From Anaeramoeba ignava BMAN (Eukaryota > Protista > Anaeramoebae): a stretch of DNA of 64,000 bases. Below, piece after piece: positions 30,298 through 42,600 of this stretch. The notes below the pieces were generated by a model, which was not told the origin of the DNA, did not search any database, and was given only the letters and a program-made list of their open reading frames with translations. Location: contig JAPDFW010000101.1 in the NCBI GenBank assembly GCA_028826165.1, forward strand, positions 124,001 to 188,000, read 5' to 3'. The translations under genes and the position numbers were made by a program. How positions within the stretch are numbered: the stretch's first letter is position 1; each line of letters starts with the position of its first letter.

Positions 30298-32869
30298 ATG
30301 ACTTTTAAATTTAAATTTAATCCTTTTGAAAGCTTTAATTATAATCAAAACAATCAAATTTCAAATCAAATTCCAAATCAAAATTCAAATCAAATTTCAA
30401 ATCAAATTTCAAATCAAAATTCAAATCAAATTTCAAATGAAAAAATAAATTTTCATCAATCAAATCAAATTTCAAATCAAATTTCAAATCAAATTTCAAA
30501 TCAAATTCCAAATCAAATTTCAAATGAAAAAATAAATTTTCATCAATCAATCCAAAATTCTCAAATAAAACAAAAAAATGAAAATCATGAAATTGTTCAA
30601 ATTGGAGCAAAAAGTATTTTAATTGATCCAAACGATCCAAGATTATATACTACTCCTTGTAAATATTGGTTTTCTGGAACTTGTAAATTAGGAAACAAAT
30701 GTAGATTTCTTCATGGAAGATCTGTAAGAATTTAGAAATAATTAAATAATAAATATTAAATAATAAATATTAAATATAAATTAAATTAAATTCTAGTTTG
30801 AAGAAGATCCGAGAAGACCTGAATATTTCCTAAAAAATTCCTTAAATAATCCTTATAATCAGAAAATCAATCTTAATTTAAATCCAAATGTAAATTAAAT
30901 TAAATTAAATTAAATTAAATTAAATTAAATAATAATTTTTATGGAATGATTTTTAGTTAAATCAAAGAAATATTAGTCCTCCTATTAGTAATAATTTAGA
31001 TCAATTAGAAACAAGCAAAAGTTATAATGAAAATTTATTTCTTATTCCAAATTCAAATTCAAATTCAAATCCAAATTCACCTCCAAAAATTAAATCTCCA
31101 AAAATTAAATCTCCAAAGATTAAATTGGAAAAGACAGAAAACCAAAAAGTAAATTTCCAAAGATTTGGAAGACATCCTTATATTCATATTGTTGCAATAG
31201 GATGGTCTCAAAATTCAGTGAAAAAATATTCATTTCAACTTTGCAATCTTTTCATTTCTAATGGAATTGATATTTATTTTCAAAAGGAATTTGAAGAACC
31301 AAAAAGTAAAACAAAATCAAAATCAAAATCATTTTAATTTAATTATTTTAATTTTAATTATTTTAATTTTAATTTTAATTTGATTTGATTTGATTTAGTT
31401 GATATCCAAATCTCAGAAATTCCCAAAATATTTTTCGATTCAGTTGCTGATTATTTTGTTGTAATTAAAGAAAGCAATATTGAAAATTTTACTTGTTTTA
31501 CAGAAAATTTTCGAGAATTTATTGAAATTGATGTTTTAAGATTTATTGAAGAAATTTGGGTTGATTGGACTAAATCACAAGATATTATTGAAGAAAAATT
31601 TGGATTTAAAATTAAAGAAAATATAGATGATAATTATAATAGATCTGAAGTAAAAAAAAATTAATATAATCATTCCAAATTCTAAATAAATAATATTTAT
31701 TTTAAAAATACAAAAAATAGCTTATTCGCCTTCTTGAAAATCATACAAACCTTAATAATATAAAAGAACAAATTAATAAAATAGAAAACTCAATCCAAAT
31801 TTTACATTTCGATAAAATTTCTCATCAAAAATTAATTCAAACTGAACAAAGATTAATTCATTTTCATAAAAAATTACAAGAATCTAAAAATCAAATTATT
31901 CAACTTGAAACTCAAAAATCTAAACATGAAACTCAAAAAATGAGAATGAAAAAAGGAAAACTTGTTCCAAAATCTTTTATTCCAAAAAATTCTTCTCCTA
32001 AAATTCCTGAAGAAATAAAAAATAAATTAATTCAATTAATCGAAAAATTCGTTTTAGAAATTGAAAATATTGGAAATAAATCTTCAAGTTTTTTGCAAAA
32101 TTCACAATGGAAAATTTACAAATCAGATAATTTACAAAAAGATTTTGATGATATTTATTATTCATTATTTGATCCATTTGAGATTCTTTATGAAAAAACT
32201 AATTCCAATCCAAATTCTAAAGAAAATTTTCAAAATCAAAATCAAAATCAAAATCAAAATCAAAATCAAAATCAAAATCAAAATCAAAATCAAAATCAAA
32301 ATCAAAATCAAAATCAAAATCAAAATCAAAATCAAAATCAAAATCAAAATCAAAATCAAAATCAAAATCAAAATCAAAATCAAAATCAAAATCAAAATCA
32401 AATTGAAAATCAAAATCAAAATCAAAATCAAAATCAAAATCAAAATCAAAATCTAAATCAAAATCAAAATCAAAATCAAAATCAAAATCAAAATCAAAAT
32501 CAAAATCAAAATCAAAATCAATTTTCTTCCTTATTTTATAATTCTTTGAATTTCTCAAAAAATAATCAAAATCAAGATAACTTTTTAGATCAACAAAAAA
32601 TAAATATCAATAAAAAACCTATTTATGGAAAAATTAGAAAAATTGAACCAAATAAAAATTTGATTCAATCTATGCAACTTAATTCAGAAAAAAATAAAAT
32701 TAAAAATCAAAATCAAAATATTCATAAATTTCAAAGAAGTAACAGTATAACTCTTGCTTTTCTTGAATTTCAAGATAGAATTAATAGTAATAATCAATAT
32801 ACAAATCATTCATTAAAAGAATTAAATTTGAATCCAAAAAATAATTCTTTTGAAAAATTAAAAAATTAA
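30298..32869 (+). CDS. CCCH zinc-finger protein with Q/N-rich tracts; exons ~30298-30723, 30797-30889, 30957-31305, 31399-31649, 31721-32869
   Basis: YTTPCKYWFSGTCKLGNKCRFLHG CCCH finger; four GT..AG introns join the ORF fragments in frame; (QN)n tract at 32231-32520. Confidence 0.75.
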
Positions 32870-32942
32870 ATAAAATTTTTTGAATTATTTTTCATTTTTC
32901 ATTTTTCATTTTTTTTAAATAATAAAAAATAATATAAATAAA

Positions 32943-35900
32943 ATGTCAACTTTTCAAATTCTTATAAAAAGAATAACACAATATACACAACAAATAGGAA
33001 CAAAACAAGTTGATGTTGAATTAGTAGAAAATCATTTAAGAGAAACATATCAAGATTATACAAGAGTGAAAAAAATAGCATTACAAAATAATATTAAAAG
33101 AGCATTTAAACAACTTTCACTTTCAAATTCAAATTCAAATTCAAATTCAAATTCAAAATCACAAAAAAATCAAAATTTAAGAAATCAAAAAAGAAGATTT
33201 CCAAATACAAAATCAGAATCAATTGATGGATTTGATTCAATTCAAGAAAATACTTCTTCAGATGATGATTTTAATCCAGAAATTAAACTTATGAAAGATG
33301 TTGTAAAATTTATTGTTTATTTAAATTCTATTTTATTATTTACAAAAAAATTTTTTTTCTTTTTTTCTTTTTTTTTTAATCTTTCTTAGCAAAATAATTC
33401 AATGAATGAAACAATGAGACAAACTTATGAAAAAAATAAATTGAAAAGGAAAAAAGTTACTCAAAAAAAGAATCAATTTCAGAAACAAAAAACAAATGAA
33501 AGTAAATTCGATTTTAATTTATTATGGATTTAATGTGGATTTTATTATTAAATTTATTATGAATTTTATTATTAATTTTATTATGTATTTTATTATGAAA
33601 TTTATTATGAATTTTATTATTAATTTTATTATGAATTTTAATATGAATTTTATTATTAATTTTATTATTAATTTTATTATGGATTTTATTATGGATTTTA
33701 TTATGGATTTTATTGTGGATTTTATTGTGAATTTTATTATTAATTTTATTATGAATTTTAATTTGAATTTTATTATGGATTTTATTATTAAATTTATTAT
33801 GGAATTTATTATTAATTTTATTATGAATTTTATTATTAATTTTATTATTAAATTTATTATGGATTTTATTATTAATTTTATTATGAATTTTATTATGAAT
33901 TTTATTATGGATTTTATTGTGGATTTTATTGTGGATTTTATTATGGATTTTATTATGGATTTTATTGTGGATTTTATTATGGATTTTATTGTGGATTTTA
34001 TTGTGGATTTTATTGTGGATTTTATTGTGGATTTTATTGTGGATTTTATTGTGGAATTAATTATGAAATTTATTATGAATTTTATTATGAATTTTATTGT
34101 GGATTTTATTGTGGATTTTATTATTAATTTTATTATGAATTTTATTATGAAATTTATTATGGATTTTATTATGGATTTTATTGTGGATTTTATTATGGAT
34201 TTTATTATGGATTTTATTATGAAATTTATTATGAATTTAATTATGGATTTTATTATGAAATTTATTATGAAATTTATTATTGATTTAATTATGAATTTTA
34301 TTATGGATTTTATTGTGGATTTTATTATGGAATTTATTATGAAATTTATTATTAAATTTATTATTAATTTTATTATGAAATTTATTATGAATTTTATTAT
34401 GGATTTTATTATGAAATTTATTATGGATTTTATTATGGATTTTATTGTGGATTTTATTGTGGATTTTATTATGGATTTTATTATAAATTTTATTGTGGAT
34501 TTTATTAAGGGATTTTATTATGGATTTTATTATGAAATTTATTATGAATTTAATTATGGATTTTTATTATTAGAAATTTATTATGAAATTTATTATTGAT
34601 TTAATTATGAATTTTATTATTAAATTTATTATTAATTTTATTATTAATTTTATTATGAATTTTATTATTAATTTTATTATTAATTTTATTATTAATTTTA
34701 TTATTTAAATTTTTTTATGAATTTTATTATGGATTTTTATTGTGAATTTTATTATGAATTTTATTATGGATTTTAATTTAATATGAAATTTATGTGGATT
34801 TTATTATGAAATTTATTATGTATTTTATTATGAAATTTATTATTAATTTTATTATGAATTTTATTATTAATTTTATTATGGATTTTATTATGGATTTTAT
34901 TATTAATTTTATTATTAATTTTATTATGGATTTTATTATGGATTTTATTATGAATTTTATTATGAAATTTTATTTTGAAATTTAATTTGAAATTTAATTT
35001 GAAATTTAATTTGAATTTTAATTGAAAAAATAGATGTTAAAGAACAAACACCAAAATCATCTTTTCTTATTACTCCAAACGTAAATTTTTCTGATATTGG
35101 TGGAATAGAAAATGCACTTCAAGAAGCAAGAGAATTACTTGAATATCCATTACTACATCCAGAACTTTATATACATCTTGGAGTTGAACCACCAAGAGGA
35201 ATTCTTCTTCATGGACCACCAGGATGTGGAAAAACACTTTTAGCAAATGCTATTGCAGGTGTAATTAAAATATGATTTTTAATTTTGATTTTGATTTAAT
35301 TTTGATTTAATTTGATTTAATTTGATTTGATTTAATTTGATTTGATTTGATTTGATTTAATTTGATTTGATTTTAATTTGATTTGATTTAATTTGATTTT
35401 GATTTTAATTTGATTTAATTTAATTTTGGTTCTATTTGATTTTGATTTTGATTTGATTTAATTTTAATTTGATTTAATTTAATTTTTAATTTAATTTTGA
35501 TTTTAATTTGATTTGATTTAATTTTAATTTAATTTTAATTTAATTTTAATTTAATTTTGATTTAATTTTGATTTAGGAATTACAAGTTCCTTTTTTAAAA
35601 ATAGCAGCACCAGAAATTGTATCAGGAATGTCAGGAGAAAGCGAAGCTAAATTAAGGGAATTATATGAAGAAGCGAAAAATTTAGCACCAAGTATAATTT
35701 TCATAGATGAAATAGATTCAATTGCACCAAAAAGAGGAACTGTTCAAAAAGAAATGGAAAGAAGAATTGTTGCTCAACTTCTTTCTTGTATGGATGATTT
35801 AACAATGGAAAATACTGGAAATAAACCAGTTATTGTTATTGGTGCTACAAATCGTCCTGATTCTCTTGAACCTGCTCTTCGTAGAGCTGGTCGTTTTGAT

Positions 35901-38900
35901 CGTGAAATTGCTCTTGGAATTCCTGATGAAAAAGCTAGAGCTAGAATTCTTCAAGTTTTATCAAAAAAATTAAGATTAGAAGGTGAATTTAATTTTTTAG
36001 AAATTGCAAGAAAAACTTCTGGGTAAATTTATAACAAAATATAAATCAAAATTATAACAAAATCAAAATCAAAATCAAAATCAAAATCAAAATCAAAATC
36101 AAAATTGGAATTAAAATTGGAATTAAAATCAAAATCAAAATCAAAATCAAAATCAAAATCAAAATCAAAATCAAAATCAAAATCAAAATCAAAATCAAAA
36201 TCAAAATCAAAATCAAAATCAAAATCAAAATCAAAATCAAAATCAAAATCAAAATCAAAATCAAAATTAAAAATCAATATCAAAATTAAAATCAAAAATC
36301 AAAATCAAAATCAAAATCAAAATCAAAATCAAAATCAAAATCAAAATATAAATTAAAATCAAAATCAAAAACAAAATCAAAATCAAAATTAAAATCAAAA
36401 TCAAAATCAAAATCAAAATCAAAATCAAAATCAAAATCAAAATCAAAATCAAAATCAAAATCAAAATCAAAATCAAAATCAAAATCAAAATATAAATCAA
36501 AATCAAAATCAAAATCAAAATCAAAATTAAAAATTATAACAAAATCAAAATCAAAATTAAAAATCAAAATCAAAATCAAAATTCAAAATCAAAATTTAAA
36601 ATTAAAATTAAAATCAAAATTATAACAAAATCAAAATCAAAATCAAAATCAAAATCAAATCAAAATCAAAATTATAACAAAATTAAAATCAGTTTTGTTG
36701 GAGCAGATTTAACAGCATTAACAAAAGAAGCTGCTGTTCTTGCTATTAATAGAATTATTCATCAATTATTTCCTAATAATCTACAAAAAAATCAAAATGA
36801 AAATGAATTTCAAAATGAAAATGAAATTCAAATTAATAATGAAAATGAAAATGAAAATGAAATTCAAATTCATATCCAAAATGATTCTATTCAAATGATT
36901 GAAGATGATTCAAATGAAATAATTGAACAAAAAAATCTTGAAAAAAGAGTATCAGTTTCAACAAAATTAAAACAATTTAATGAACCATTATCAAAAGAAG
37001 TTTTAGAGAAATTAAGTATTACAATGGAAGATTTCAAAGAAGCAATAAAAAAAGTACAACCTTCTTCAAGAAGAGAAGGGTAAATAATAAATATTTAAAG
37101 AAGAGATTTTATCAAGAAAAAAATTGGAATTAAAATCAAAATCAAAATTAGAATCAAAATTAAAATCAAAATTAAAATTAAAATTAAAATCAAAATTAAA
37201 ACCAAAATCAAAATTAAATTTAAAATTAAAATTAAAATTAAAATTAAAATTAATATTAAAATTAAAATCAAAATTAAAATTAAAATCAAAATTAAAATAT
37301 AAATCAAAATCAAAATTAAAATCAAAATTAAAATTAAAATCAAAATTAAAATTAAAATTAAAATTAAAATCAAAATTAAAATTAAAATCAAAATCAAAAT
37401 TAAAATCAAAATTAAAATTAAGATTTACAACAATACCTGATGTTACTTGGAATGATATTGGAGCACTTGATAAATTAAGAGAAGAATTAAAAACATCAAT
37501 AGTTGAACCAATTTTATATCCAGAAAAATTTTCACAATATAATTTAAAAGTAGCATCAGGAATTTTACTTTATGGACCACCAGGATGTGGAAAAACACTT
37601 TTAGCAAAAGCAATTGCGAATGAAAGTGGAGCTAATTTTATAGCAGTAAAAGGTCCTGAACTTCTTAATAAATATGTTGGTGAATCTGAAAAAGCAATTC
37701 GATTAGTTTTTCAACGTGCAAGAGCTTCTTCTCCTTGTGTTATTTTTTTTGATGAAATTGATGCTCTTTGTCCTCAAAGAGGTCGTGATGGTAATGCTGC
37801 TACAGAAAGAATTGTAAATCAATTACTTACTGAAATGGATGGAATTGAAGATCGAAAAAAAGTAAAATAGATTTAAAATTTAAAAATAGATTTAAAAATA
37901 GATTTAAAATTTAAAAATAAATTTAAAAATAAATTTAAGATTTAAAAATAAATTTAAAAATAGATTTAAAAATAAATTTAAAAATAAATTTAAAAATAAA
38001 TTTATTTATAGATTTAAAAATAAATTTAAAAATAAATTTATTTATAGATTTAAAAATAAATTTAAAAATAAATTTAAAAATAAATTTAAAAATAAATTTA
38101 AAATTAAATTTAAAAATAAATTTAAAAATAGATTTTAAAAATAAATTTAAAAATAAATTTAAAAATAAATTTAAAAATAAATTTAAAAATAAATTTAAAA
38201 ATAAATTTAAAAATAAATTTAAAAATAAATTTAAAAATAAATTTAAAAATAAATTTAAAAATAAATTTAAAAATAAATTTAAAAATAAATTTAAAAATAA
38301 ATTTAAAAATAAATTTAAAAATAAATTTAAAAATAAATTTATAAATAGATTTAAAAATAAATTTAAAAATAAATTTAAAAATAGATTTATAAATAAATTT
38401 ATAAATAAATTTAAAAATAGATTTATAAATAGATTTAAGATTTAAAAATGAAAAATGAAAAATATTTGATCAAAAAAACATCTGATCAAAAAAAAAAAAT
38501 TAATTGATCAAAAAAAAAAAATTTTTTTATTTATTAATTAAATTTAATTTAATTCAAGACATATATAATTGCAGCTACAAATAGACCAGATATACTTGAT
38601 CAAGCAATTCTTAGACCAGGAAGATTAAATAAAAGATTATATGTTCCATTACCAACAGAAAAAGATCGATTTGAGATTTTAAAAACACATACAAGAAAAG
38701 TTCCAATTGATCCAAAAGTAAATCTTGAAAAAATTGCACAAGATAAAAGATGTAATGGATTTAGTGGAGCTGATATTGCAGAACTTGTTCGTGAAGCTTC
38801 GGTTTTTGCTTTAAAAGACTCTTTATTACTTGAATCTCAAAAAGGTTTAAAAACTGATCAATTTCAAAAAGATTTTCTTGTAAAAGTTAATTTAAATCAT

Positions 38901-38981
38901 TTTGATAATGCTTTCCAAAAAGTTAAACCTTCTGTTTCTTTAAATGATCTTAATGCTTTCCAAACTTTTTCTGATTTTTGA
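32943..38981 (+). CDS. NVL: Nuclear VCP-like / Rix7 AAA+ ATPase; exons 32943-33302, 33390-33501, 35034-35260, 35577-36022, 36693-37079, 37423-37861, 38559-38981
   Basis: N-terminal nucleolin-binding-like domain ([12 protein letters not shown]); D1 [19 protein letters not shown]...[14 protein letters not shown]...[15 protein letters not shown]; link [18 protein letters not shown]; D2 [13 protein letters not shown]...[14 protein letters not shown]. Six GT..AG introns keep the frame. Confidence 0.95.
33502..35033 (+). repeat. NVL intron 2 filled with a 12-bp satellite (ATGGATTTTATT and variants)
   Basis: GTAAAT donor, ATAG acceptor and 12-nt period. Confidence 0.92.
35261..35576 (+). repeat. 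NVL intron 3 filled with (TTTGA/TTTAA/TTTTAA)n
   Basis: GTAATT donor and TTAG acceptor. Confidence 0.9.
36023..36692 (+). repeat. NVL intron 4 filled with (AAAATC)n
   Basis: GTAAAT donor and AATCAG acceptor; joining restores TSG|FVGADL. Confidence 0.92.
37080..37422 (+). repeat. NVL intron 5 filled with (AAAATT/AAAATC)n
   Basis: GTAAAT donor and ATTAAG acceptor; joining restores REG|FTTIP. Confidence 0.9.
37862..38558 (+). repeat. NVL intron 6 filled with a 12-bp satellite (AAAAATAAATTT)
   Basis: GTAAAA donor and TTCAAG acceptor; joining restores DRKK|[11 protein letters not shown]. Confidence 0.9.
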
Positions 38982-38994
38982 AAAAATTAGAAAA

Positions 38995-39578
38995 CAATTC
39001 AATTCAATAATTCAATATTTAATTCAATATTCAATTCAATATTCAATTCAATTCGATATTTAATTCAAAATTCAATATTTAATTCAATTTAATATTCAAT
39101 TCAATATTCAATTCAATTTAATATTCAATTTAATATTTAATTCAATATTCAATATTCAATTCAATATTTAATTTAATATTTAATTTAATTCAATTCAATA
39201 TTTAATTTAATATTTAATATTTAATATTCAATTTAATATTCAATTCAATTTAATATTTAATATTTAATTTAATATTTAATATTCAATTCAATTTAATATT
39301 CAATATTCAATTCAATATTTAATATTCAATATTTAATATTCAATTCAATATTTAATATTCAATATTTAATTCAATATTTAATATTTAATTTAATATTCAA
39401 TATTCAATTTAATATTCAATTCAATTTAATATTTAATATTTAATTTAATATTCAATTCAATATTCAATTTAATATTCAATTCAATATTCAATATTCAATT
39501 TAATATTTAATTCAATATTTAATTCAATATTCAATATTTAATTTAATATTCAATATTTAATTCAATATTTAATATTCA
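38995..39578. repeat. Intergenic mixed 5/7-mer satellite (AATTC, AATATTC, AATATTT)
   Basis: Directly visible. Confidence 0.9.
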
Positions 39579-39686
39579 AAAAAACATTTTGGAAAACAAA
39601 TCTAAATAGAAAATAAATTATAATAGAAAAATAAATTTATTTTTTTTTTCATTTTTTATTCTCATTTTTCTTTTTCTCTTTAAAAA

Positions 39687-42600
39687 ATGAGTGAAAAAAT
39701 TAAATTAAAAGAAATAAATTATGAATTTTTAAGAGATAAACCATTTACTCCAAATTTTTTTACTTATTCTGAATTTGATGAAATGGATACAGATGATTTT
39801 CAAACATTTAAAACAAGTTTACGTGAAATTATTCATAATTTAAAACATAGTAAACAAAAAAAACCAAAAAAAAAAAGAAACAAACTTTTTTATTTAAAAT
39901 TTTTTTTTCTTTTTTCTTTTTTAAAAGCAAATTCAATAACTTTTAAAAATTCTCTTTATTCAATTATTGAATTAATTCAAGCAGTAAAAAAAATGAGTTT
40001 AGGAACAGAAAAACAAGAAAAGTTATTAATTGATATTGGATTAGAACATATTATAAATGCAATAATAAACCGGTAAATCCAAAAAAAAAACAAAACAAAA
40101 CAAAACAAAATAATAAATTTAATTTAAAATTTTTTGTTGATTTATTGAATTTTTTTTTGTAGAAGAGACATTGATCTTGATTTTACTTCTGATATTGCAA
40201 TTCTTTTTCGAGAAATTATAGAATTAATTATTTTAAAAATAAAACAAAGAAAATTTACAAAATTAATAGAATTATTACCAATATTATTTTCTACTTCATC
40301 ATATTCTTGGGATAATCCACAAAAATTTATTCCATTTGATCGTAATTATAAAAAAAAGCGAGCAATTTATATTAGTCCGTTATCAGAACTTGAATATATT
40401 GCTTATAAATCAGATAGTGAATCTGAATCTAGTGATGAAGATGATAATGTATCCGAACAATTTCGTCAATTATCAAATGATAATAAATCAGAAATTGTGA
40501 TTTATAATCTTTTAAAGATTCCAAAACATTTGAAAAAACCAAATTTTTTATTTGCTACAATTCTTGTTTGTTTTCCAAAACAAAAAACAAAAAACAAAAA
40601 ACAAAATTAATCCAAAAAAATATATTTAAAAAATTATATTTAAAAATTTTAGTTCACAGATTATAAAACCTCTTTATTTTTATTGGAAAATATTCAACAT
40701 TTTGGTCACTTAAATGGATTTAATGAATTAATTAAACAAACTGGAAAATTGGAAATTGATACTTTATTAAATTTGGCAAGATTCGTTCATATGGTAAAGA
40801 AAAATAAAAATAAATATTAATTATTAATTATTAATTATTAATTATTTTTGTTTTGCTTATGAAAAGATCCGAAATTTTTTTGCTTTTGAATTTGCTCAAG
40901 ATTTCCTTTCTTCTTATATAGAAAAATTAACAGAAAATTTAGAATTTTTATGGACTAATCCACCAACAAATTTGCCAACTTTTTCAAGAGACTCTTATCG
41001 AGTTATTGAAATAATTGATCGACTTGATTGGGTTATAAACAAAAGAAGACATAAACTTGCGCCATCAGTTCTAATAAGTATAGGCCAAAAATCAATTGAA
41101 CAAGACAACACTTCAACTCAATATTTAGGATGGAAATTCATTTTGGGAGTTCTTCAAATCGCTGATAAATCTCTTCGTAATTTGGCAACATCGAAGGATA
41201 TTGCATATCCAGATTTGGAGGAACAGTATAATTCTCTTAATGAATTGATTCATAAAATCATCACTTGGTTGTGTGAATATAGATTAATTGAAAAGCAACT
41301 ATTAAGAAACCCAAAATTTAAATACATTTTTGATCTTCTTTTTAATATTTTATTGCAAATGGCAATCAGAGAAAAAATCCCCAAAATAACCATTGAAATC
41401 ATTTGGTACTTAATGTTCAACATGGAAAAGGAGCTTTCTCAAATAGAAAAGGAGGTGACCCAAATAATAATCACTGATTTTGGATTCGAAGTTGTTGATC
41501 CAGAAATTTATGAAGTTCCAAATTACCATAAAAAAGAAGAAAACTTACAAAAATCAAAAGTGGAAAAAAATAACCAAAAAAAGCAAAAACCAAAAAAAGA
41601 TTCCAATACTGATAAAGAAAAGGGTGATGACAGCGATGATAGCGATGATTCAACTTCAGTTAGCGATAGTTATGATGAGGACGATGACTACGATTATCAG
41701 GTAAAAACAAACAACGAAAATGTACAAGAAGAGCAAAGCCAGCCACAAAATAAATTGGAAATTGATATTTGGCGTATTCTTGCAAATTCAATCTCATTTA
41801 TTGCGAAATTTGAAAAACCAGAAAATTTGCAATTCATTAACGATCAAGTTGCCAATTTGAAACCAAGTGAATTAACCGACGATGTTATAAAGGTCATTTC
41901 CCAGTTTATCGTTTCCTCAGCAACAAGAAAAAAGAAGATTTACCGGATCCAGTATACTTCCCATTGTCTTTATAAACTGTGGGAAATTGTGAAAGAAAAT
42001 TCAACTTATCCGTTACACATTAAAAATTCAGCCAAAAAGGAAATTCGGAAAATATTGCTGCATCCAGAATGCAGTATTCATCGCGAGTTCTACAAAAGAT
42101 TGTGCATAAAAAACATCACGAAACACACATCTGTGTTGCTATCTCTTGAAATGCTGAAGGTCATTCTCCTTGTTTTTAAAGAGGAATTAACAGACGAACA
42201 AAAACCCAAAAAAATTCGCAAAAGAATTAATCAGTTCGAAAGAAGACACCATTTCCTCAACTTATTTATCAAGGATTTCATTTTTTACAACCAAATAGCA
42301 AGTGATTCTGCAGCCAAAATACGGCAAGTTAGCAAAGGAATTTCCCAAATCCAAAAAGAAAACAAAACAGGCGATAATCAAATAATAGCCACATCATTTA
42401 ATATTGATTTGAAAACAAAATCATTAGTTGGAGAACAACCGCATAGCATGGAAATCAATGGCAGACTCACATTTCTTGATTTTTACATCATGAAATCAAC
42501 TTTGTATTTGTCATATATCCATTTATCGACACTCTGGGAATTACTTTATCTCAAGCCAATTTCTCCCGAGGAAACAGACCAGTTTTTTCTTTGGATATGC

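Noticed and set aside
33496-34599. 367-aa (MDFI)n ORF
   Set aside because: It lies within NVL intron 2 (33502-35033) and is a by-product of a 12-bp repeat. It is out of frame with exon 2, and read-through in the exon frame stops within ~12 codons.
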